Assembly (NCBI GenBank): GCA_029856525.1
Contig: JAHQXC010000015.1
Coordinates: 1-21,248 of the forward strand
DNA from: Candidatus Odinarchaeia archaeon
Lineage (GTDB): Archaea > Asgardarchaeota > Odinarchaeia > Odinarchaeales > Odinarchaeaceae
DNA: 21,248 bases
Direction of reading: 5' to 3'
A program made the position numbers and the translations under genes. The notes beneath the pieces were generated by a model. That model was not told where the DNA came from and searched no databases. It saw only the letters and a program-made list of their open reading frames with translations. Within the stretch, counting starts at the first letter, position 1. The number at the start of each line of letters is the position of its first letter. Shown here one piece after another: positions 16,360 through 21,248 of the stretch.

Positions 16360-17031
16360 ATGATAGAATTGGAGCTAGATAAAATAATCGATTCAATACG
16401 CGCCGAACTGGAGAGCGAAGAGCAGGCGAAAGAGCTGATTGTAGAGAAAGCAAGGCTGGGTATAAAAGCATGCGGAGACGCTATCGTATACGCTCATAGA
16501 AATAATACTGCTAAATCAATCTCAAAATTAGAGGAGGCTTACACTCTTATCCGAGAAGTTAACTCCCTCGTTGAGAAGCAGCCTGAAGCTTTAAATATAT
16601 CGATTATCGGCGACTTATACCAGGAATACGTGGAGGCTAAGCTATTTATAGATTTCATTGAACGCCGGCTTTACCCTCATTACAATGAGCTTAAAGTACC
16701 TGGAAAATATTATGCTTTAGGATTAGCAGATTTAATAGGCGAATTGAGAAGATACGTGTTAAACGCGATTAGAAAGGATAAGCTAGACGAAGCTGAATAC
16801 GCGTTACAGGTGATGGAGGAGATATTCGATAACATTTACTCTTTAGAGTCTCCTAAATCTCTTTTAAACGGTTTAAGACGTAAATGCGATATAGCGAGAT
16901 CTGTTTTAGAGAAGACTAGAGGAGATGTAACCTCAGCTTATAGTAACAGCCGTTTAGTTAAACATGTTAAAACATTATTCGAGAAACTGTCATCACTGGA
17001 AGATAAATCAGAGAATAAGGATGGGAGTTGA
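16360..17031 (+). CDS. Translin/TRAX (C3PO)-family protein
   Basis: All-helical protein with QEYVEA, YALGLADLIGELRR and LRRKCD. The acidic residues of the TRAX-type nuclease site appear to be retained. Confidence 0.9.
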   Translation: MIELELDKIIDSIRAELESEEQAKELIVEKARLGIKACGDAIVYAHRNNTAKSISKLEEAYTLIREVNSLVEKQPEALNISIIGDLYQEYVEAKLFIDFIERRLYPHYNELKVPGKYYALGLADLIGELRRYVLNAIRKDKLDEAEYALQVMEEIFDNIYSLESPKSLLNGLRRKCDIARSVLEKTRGDVTSAYSNSRLVKHVKTLFEKLSSLEDKSENKDGS

Positions 17032-17032
17032 A

Positions 17033-18595
17033 ATGGTTAAATTTGATATTAGTAAAATACTTAAAGAAGCTGAAGAAGACTATGAGAAAGCCTGGATTCA
17101 AACAGCTGAGTTAATACCCAAGAAGAGTAAAGGCTTTAAACTCGAGAGAAATGGTGTAAGCCATCCGGTAATGGATTTCATACAGAAGTTTAGAAGCGCA
17201 TTCATAGAGTTAGGGTTCGAAGAAGTAATTCTCCCAACTATTCTACCGGAAGAAGAAGTTTACAAAGAGTACGGTCCTGAAGCACCTATAATCCTTGACA
17301 GAATATTTTATTTAGCAGGCTTACCTAGAGCTGATATAGGTTTAAGTGAAAAGAAAAAAGAGGAGATTCTTAAAATCTACCCTAATTTCTCAAAGTTTAA
17401 TGAACTCCAGGAGATATTCAGAAAATATAAGAAATCGGAGATAGAGGCTGATAATCTCCTCGACGTGATGGTTGAAGAGTTAAAGCTTCCTGAAGAGGTT
17501 GCGAGTAAGATCATAGACAAAGTCTTCCATGAATTCAAAGAACTTAAACCAATACCTTCAAATCTAACACTCAGATCACATATGACCGCTTTATGGTTCC
17601 CTGTTTTAAAAGAGCTTTCAAAGAAGCGTCTCCCTCCGATTCAATTATTCACAGTAGGTGAAAAATTTAGAAGAGAGCAGAGCCTTGACGCAACACACCT
17701 TTACTCCTCGTTCACAGCCTCCTGTGTCGTGTTAAATGAAAATCTCAGTTTAAATGACGGTGTAAGCTTAGCTAAAAACATTTTAAGTCATATAGGTTTT
17801 AAAGAGGTTAAATTCGAATTTAAGAAAACAACGTCAAAATACTATGCGCCGAAAACCGAGTTTGAAATATTCATCTACCATCCTCATAGAAACGAATGGG
17901 TTGAAGTAGGGGACGGCGGCTTCTACAGCCCTGTATCCCTCGCTAAATACGAGGTGGATACACCTGTCTTTAACATAGGATTCGGAGTAGAGCGCTTCGT
18001 AATGGTTTTACAGCGAGAAGAAGATATTAGAAGCTTAGTCTATCCATACTTCTACAAGGAGACGGCTTTCACAGATCAAGATATCGCTAAAAGCATATTT
18101 TTAATCGAGCAGCCTAAAACAGATCTAGGACTTGAAATAATGAATAAAATAATAGCTGTCTGCATTGAGAACAAAGATCAGCAGTCACCTGTCACTATCA
18201 CAGTCGACGAGCGTATCGTAAACGGTAGAAAACTGAAGGTTACCGTATGGGAGACTGATCCGGGGGTTAAACTGTTAGGTCCAGCCGCGCTTAACGAGAT
18301 ATTTGTTTTAGACGGTAATATAATCGGTAGTTTACCTAACGAGGAGCTTTTAACTAAAGCTGTGAGAACTAACATAACATATTTGAAGGCTACAGCGGCT
18401 TTAGCGGCTGCCGCTGTAGAGAAGCTTATTGAAAAAAACAGCGGTGAAGCTGTTATCAGAGTTAAAATGTCAAAGCAGCCTTCAGATGTGAATATCGGTA
18501 TCCCTGATAATATTCGAAGGTTTATAACAGCTAATAGAAGGAGAATCGATGTCCGCGGGCCTGTTTTCATCGGTATAACAGCGAGTTTAGAATAA
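17033..18595 (+). CDS. sepS: O-phosphoserine--tRNA(Cys) ligase (SepRS), 520 aa
   Basis: Motifs GPEA...LDR.FYLAGLPR.DIG, LTLRSHMT, FRREQ..DATHL, SKYYAP.TE, YSP.SL..Y, and NIGFGVER. The start is placed at the ATG at 17033, 1 nt after the translin stop. Confidence 0.95.
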   Translation: MVKFDISKILKEAEEDYEKAWIQTAELIPKKSKGFKLERNGVSHPVMDFIQKFRSAFIELGFEEVILPTILPEEEVYKEYGPEAPIILDRIFYLAGLPRADIGLSEKKKEEILKIYPNFSKFNELQEIFRKYKKSEIEADNLLDVMVEELKLPEEVASKIIDKVFHEFKELKPIPSNLTLRSHMTALWFPVLKELSKKRLPPIQLFTVGEKFRREQSLDATHLYSSFTASCVVLNENLSLNDGVSLAKNILSHIGFKEVKFEFKKTTSKYYAPKTEFEIFIYHPHRNEWVEVGDGGFYSPVSLAKYEVDTPVFNIGFGVERFVMVLQREEDIRSLVYPYFYKETAFTDQDIAKSIFLIEQPKTDLGLEIMNKIIAVCIENKDQQSPVTITVDERIVNGRKLKVTVWETDPGVKLLGPAALNEIFVLDGNIIGSLPNEELLTKAVRTNITYLKATAALAAAAVEKLIEKNSGEAVIRVKMSKQPSDVNIGIPDNIRRFITANRRRIDVRGPVFIGITASLE

Positions 18596-18607
18596 GAGGT
18601 TGTTTAG

Positions 18608-19168
18608 ATGAGCTCTTATTCTAAATGCCCTGTCTGTGAGAAAGGTAATTTTAAACTCACTTCAGCGGAGGTTGATATCCCCTACTACGGTCAAGCATAT
18701 ATAATAACATTGATCTGCGAGGTCTGCGCTTTCAGAATAACCGATGTAGTGTTAAGTAAAGTTAACCCTCCTACAGCCTATTACGCTAAAATAGATTCAG
18801 TCGAAGACTTGAAGATAAAAGTTGTTAAAAGCTCTACAGCTATTATTAGAATACCTGAAATGGGTGTGAAAATGGAGCCAGGCGCGGTCTCGCAGGGTTT
18901 TATAACTAATATCGAAGGTATACTGCAAAGAGTTGAAGATGTGACTGTAATGGTTAAAGGATGGTTAACTGATGAGAGGAAATTGGAAAAATGTAATCAG
19001 CTTTTAGAGAAAATTAATAAAGCTGTTAACGGCGAATTCGAATTCACTTTTATAATAGAGGATCCCTTAGGTAACAGTCTGCTTGTAGGAGCCCCCGGTC
19101 AAATCATAAAGAAGAGAAGGTTAAGTGAAAGACAGGTTAATAGAATGCTTTCAAAGCGAAAATTCTAA
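18608..19168 (+). CDS. ZPR1-type zinc finger protein
   Basis: Motifs CPVC, IPYYG, CEVC, VVKSSTA.I.IPE.G, GFITNIEGIL, and IEDPLGNS. Confidence 0.93.
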   Translation: MSSYSKCPVCEKGNFKLTSAEVDIPYYGQAYIITLICEVCAFRITDVVLSKVNPPTAYYAKIDSVEDLKIKVVKSSTAIIRIPEMGVKMEPGAVSQGFITNIEGILQRVEDVTVMVKGWLTDERKLEKCNQLLEKINKAVNGEFEFTFIIEDPLGNSLLVGAPGQIIKKRRLSERQVNRMLSKRKF

Positions 19169-19322
19169 CCGGCTATTTTTCAGTATACGCGTCTACTACT
19201 GGAATCTAATTAAATCTATGTAATTTTAATTAAACAGATTTTTATAATCTAGCAGTGAACTAATATTTTTAATAAAATTTCTTAACTCGACTAATATTTA
19301 AAACACTTTAACAGGCGGTTGA

Positions 19323-20330
19323 ATGAAGCTTATATGGAGTAACGGACTGTTAATTGAAAACCAAGGTGAAAGAATTACCGTAGACCCTCAGAATAAATTC
19401 AGTAAATCAAATTTAACTCTTATATCACACGCTCACATAGATCATATTCAAGGAGTAAACGGGGAGACTAGTATTCTTTCAAGCAAGGAAACATATGAAA
19501 TATTAAAGCTGAGAACCCCTCAGCCGGTTAACCATATTCCTCTCTCCCAGCGTCAATTATACGAGAGCAGCGGGTTCAAAATAACCCCTTATAACTCTGG
19601 GCATGTACTCGGCTCATTCCAGTTTTTTATTGAAAGCGATACTAAGTCTATTCTATACTCTTCTGATATTAACTGCGTTAAATCTTTAACAACCCCGCCG
19701 GCTGAAAGCTTAGAAGCTGATATTCTTATATTAGAGTCAACTTACGGTAGACCGGAGTATTCTCTACCTCCTAGAGAGGAGGTTTACGCTGAGATAATTG
19801 AATGGTGTGTTAAAACACTAGGCGAGGGGAGGATCCCTGTTTTCAAAGCTTACGCTCTAGGTAAAAGCCAGGAGCTTATTAAATTAATGAACAGCTACCT
19901 TCACATCCCTGTTATAGTTGATTCAGAGATAGCGTTTATAAGCGAAGTATATAATAAGAATGGTGTTAAACTTAATTTTATAAGTCAACACCGAGAGGAG
20001 GCTCAAAGCCTTCTAAAAGAAAAATTCTGTATTCTAATACTATCATCTTTTAAAAATAGCGGGCTCTTATTTGATAGAAGGAGCTTTGAATTAGCGTTCG
20101 CTTCAGGCTGGGCGCTTAAGTTTAAACCTAAATACTGCTCAGCAGCTTTTCCTTTAAGCAGTCACGCTGACTACTACCAGCTTTTAAGCTTCGTCGAAGC
20201 TTGTGCTCCTAAAAAAGTTTATACCTGTCATGGTTTCGCTCATGATTTAGCTAAAGCGATAGAGTCGAAGCTAAATGTGGAAGCGCAGCCTATCTCCGAG
20301 GTGGGTCAGAGAAAACTGCTTGATTTCTAA
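19323..20330 (+). CDS. Metallo-beta-lactamase / beta-CASP-type nuclease
   Basis: Motifs SHAHIDH, NSGHVLGS, LILESTYG, YALGKSQE, LSSHAD and VYTCHG. Confidence 0.88.
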   Translation: MKLIWSNGLLIENQGERITVDPQNKFSKSNLTLISHAHIDHIQGVNGETSILSSKETYEILKLRTPQPVNHIPLSQRQLYESSGFKITPYNSGHVLGSFQFFIESDTKSILYSSDINCVKSLTTPPAESLEADILILESTYGRPEYSLPPREEVYAEIIEWCVKTLGEGRIPVFKAYALGKSQELIKLMNSYLHIPVIVDSEIAFISEVYNKNGVKLNFISQHREEAQSLLKEKFCILILSSFKNSGLLFDRRSFELAFASGWALKFKPKYCSAAFPLSSHADYYQLLSFVEACAPKKVYTCHGFAHDLAKAIESKLNVEAQPISEVGQRKLLDF

Positions 20331-20356
20331 TTTTAAACTAGAAAGCGGTTTTAAAA

Positions 20357-20545
20357 TTAAGTTAACGGGAACATTAAGTATAGGAATAAAACCGTTAACA
20401 TTATAAGAATAGAGCCGACTATAACCGCTTTAGGCCCAACTTTTATACCTGTAGATTCATCTTGAAAGAATCTAATTAAACCCGCGCCGGCTATAGGCAT
20501 CTGAGCCTCTTCCCGCCTCTTCCTAGTCTTAGACACATAGACCAC
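20357..20545 (-). CDS. sec61b: Preprotein translocase subunit Sec61-beta
   Basis: Basic N-terminus, the motif AGAGLIRFF.DE..GIKVGP, and a single C-terminal TM helix. Confidence 0.9.
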   Translation of the reverse strand: MVYVSKTRKRREEAQMPIAGAGLIRFFQDESTGIKVGPKAVIVGSILIMLTVLFLYLMFPLT

Positions 20546-20619
20546 CTTTAAACTATTAATCTAGTAATAGATTTATAAGTGTAGCGTTATAAAAATTGAA
20601 TTGTCAGGATGGTGGTTGA

Positions 20620-21248
20620 ATGTCTTTCGAACAGGATTATGAAGCTATTTTTGATTTAATCAGACAACACCATAACTGGATGGCTAATACTATTAATCTA
20701 ATAGCTAGTGAAAACGTGGCTTCAATCGCTGTTAAAGAAGCTATGATAAGCGATTTCGGTGACAGATACGCTGAAGGCTGGCCTGGGGAGCGTGTTTACG
20801 CAGGCTGCAAGTATATAGATCAAGTTGAATTGATCACCGCTAAACTTGCAAGGCAGCTTTACAACGCTGAATTCGCTGATGTGAGACCTATCTCAGGGGT
20901 TGTCGCTAATCTTGTAGTGTATACCGCTTTCACCAACCCTGGTGATCGTATAATGGCTTTATCTATACCAGACGGCGGTCATATAAGCTCAGGTAAAGAG
21001 AAGATGTGGGGGACAGCTGGTAAAGTTCACGGTTTGAAGGTTCAAAACTTTGTTTTCGATGAAAAAGAGATGTGTATCGACGTAGATGCTACTGTTAAGA
21101 GAATAAGAGAGCTTGAAGAGAAAGGAGATCACATCTCATTATACCAGTTAGGTGCAAGCGTCTTTTTATTCCCTCATCCTGTTAAAGAAATTAAATCTAT
21201 AGCTGAAGAGTACGGGGCTTTCGTCAACTATGATGCCGCTCACGTAGC
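20620..21248 (+). CDS. glyA: Serine hydroxymethyltransferase, 5' part (runs off the window; absent from the ORF track)
   Basis: Translated manually from the ATG at 20620, which follows GGTGGT: MSFEQDY...INLIASENVAS...RYAEGWPGERVYAGCKYID...VRPISGVVANL...DGGHIS...YDAAHV. Confidence 0.95.
   Translation, partial: MSFEQDYEAIFDLIRQHHNWMANTINLIASENVASIAVKEAMISDFGDRYAEGWPGERVYAGCKYIDQVELITAKLARQLYNAEFADVRPISGVVANLVVYTAFTNPGDRIMALSIPDGGHISSGKEKMWGTAGKVHGLKVQNFVFDEKEMCIDVDATVKRIRELEEKGDHISLYQLGASVFLFPHPVKEIKSIAEEYGAFVNYDAAHV

Noticed and set aside
16964-17032. N-terminal extension of SepRS in the track
   Set aside because: It overlaps the translin gene; family similarity begins at MVKFD (17033).
1444-18570. 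Short shadow ORFs 1444-1665, 5674-5865, 8935-9132, 10603-10857, 14052-14279, 14444-14635, 15428-15730 and 18178-18570
   Set aside because: Each lies wholly or almost wholly antisense to well-supported genes and shows no recognisable motif.
19169-19322. AT-rich intergenic region with short repeats (CTAATATTT twice; AGATT-N5-AATCT)
   Set aside because: The repeats are short enough to be expected by chance at this AT content. There is no CRISPR-like periodicity, C/D box pair or tRNA-like fold that I could support.
1-21248. CRISPR arrays, transposases, integrases or defence genes
   Set aside because: No regularly spaced repeats, terminal inverted repeats or such protein motifs were seen, and the tRNA is not flanked by an obvious integrated element within the window.

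Overview
AT-rich (roughly 38% GC, estimated by eye), densely packed archaeal housekeeping region. The gene content (ribophorin I-like protein, Vps29-like protein, Sec61-beta, translin, ZPR1, SepRS/SepCysS) points to an Asgard archaeon, possibly Odinarchaeia; this is inference only. About 21 protein genes and one tRNA are present. No CRISPR array or mobile element was seen. The main finding is that gcvPA looks broken in the ORF track but is interrupted by a 29-nt insertion (4019-4047) that folds into an archaeal bulge-helix-bulge (BHB) splicing motif. Cutting at the canonical bulge positions restores both the frame and the conserved TAYTP-YQ-AEASQG motif exactly, so this is a candidate tRNA-endonuclease-spliced mRNA intron in a metabolic gene. 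The same window holds a tRNA-Gln(UUG) gene with two BHB introns: 20 nt at the canonical 37/38 site and 19 nt at a non-canonical 48/49 site. Other points are a complete tRNA-dependent cysteine pathway (SepRS, SepCysS and a probable truncated SepCysE gene) and a proteasome beta subunit with Ala in place of the catalytic Thr1.
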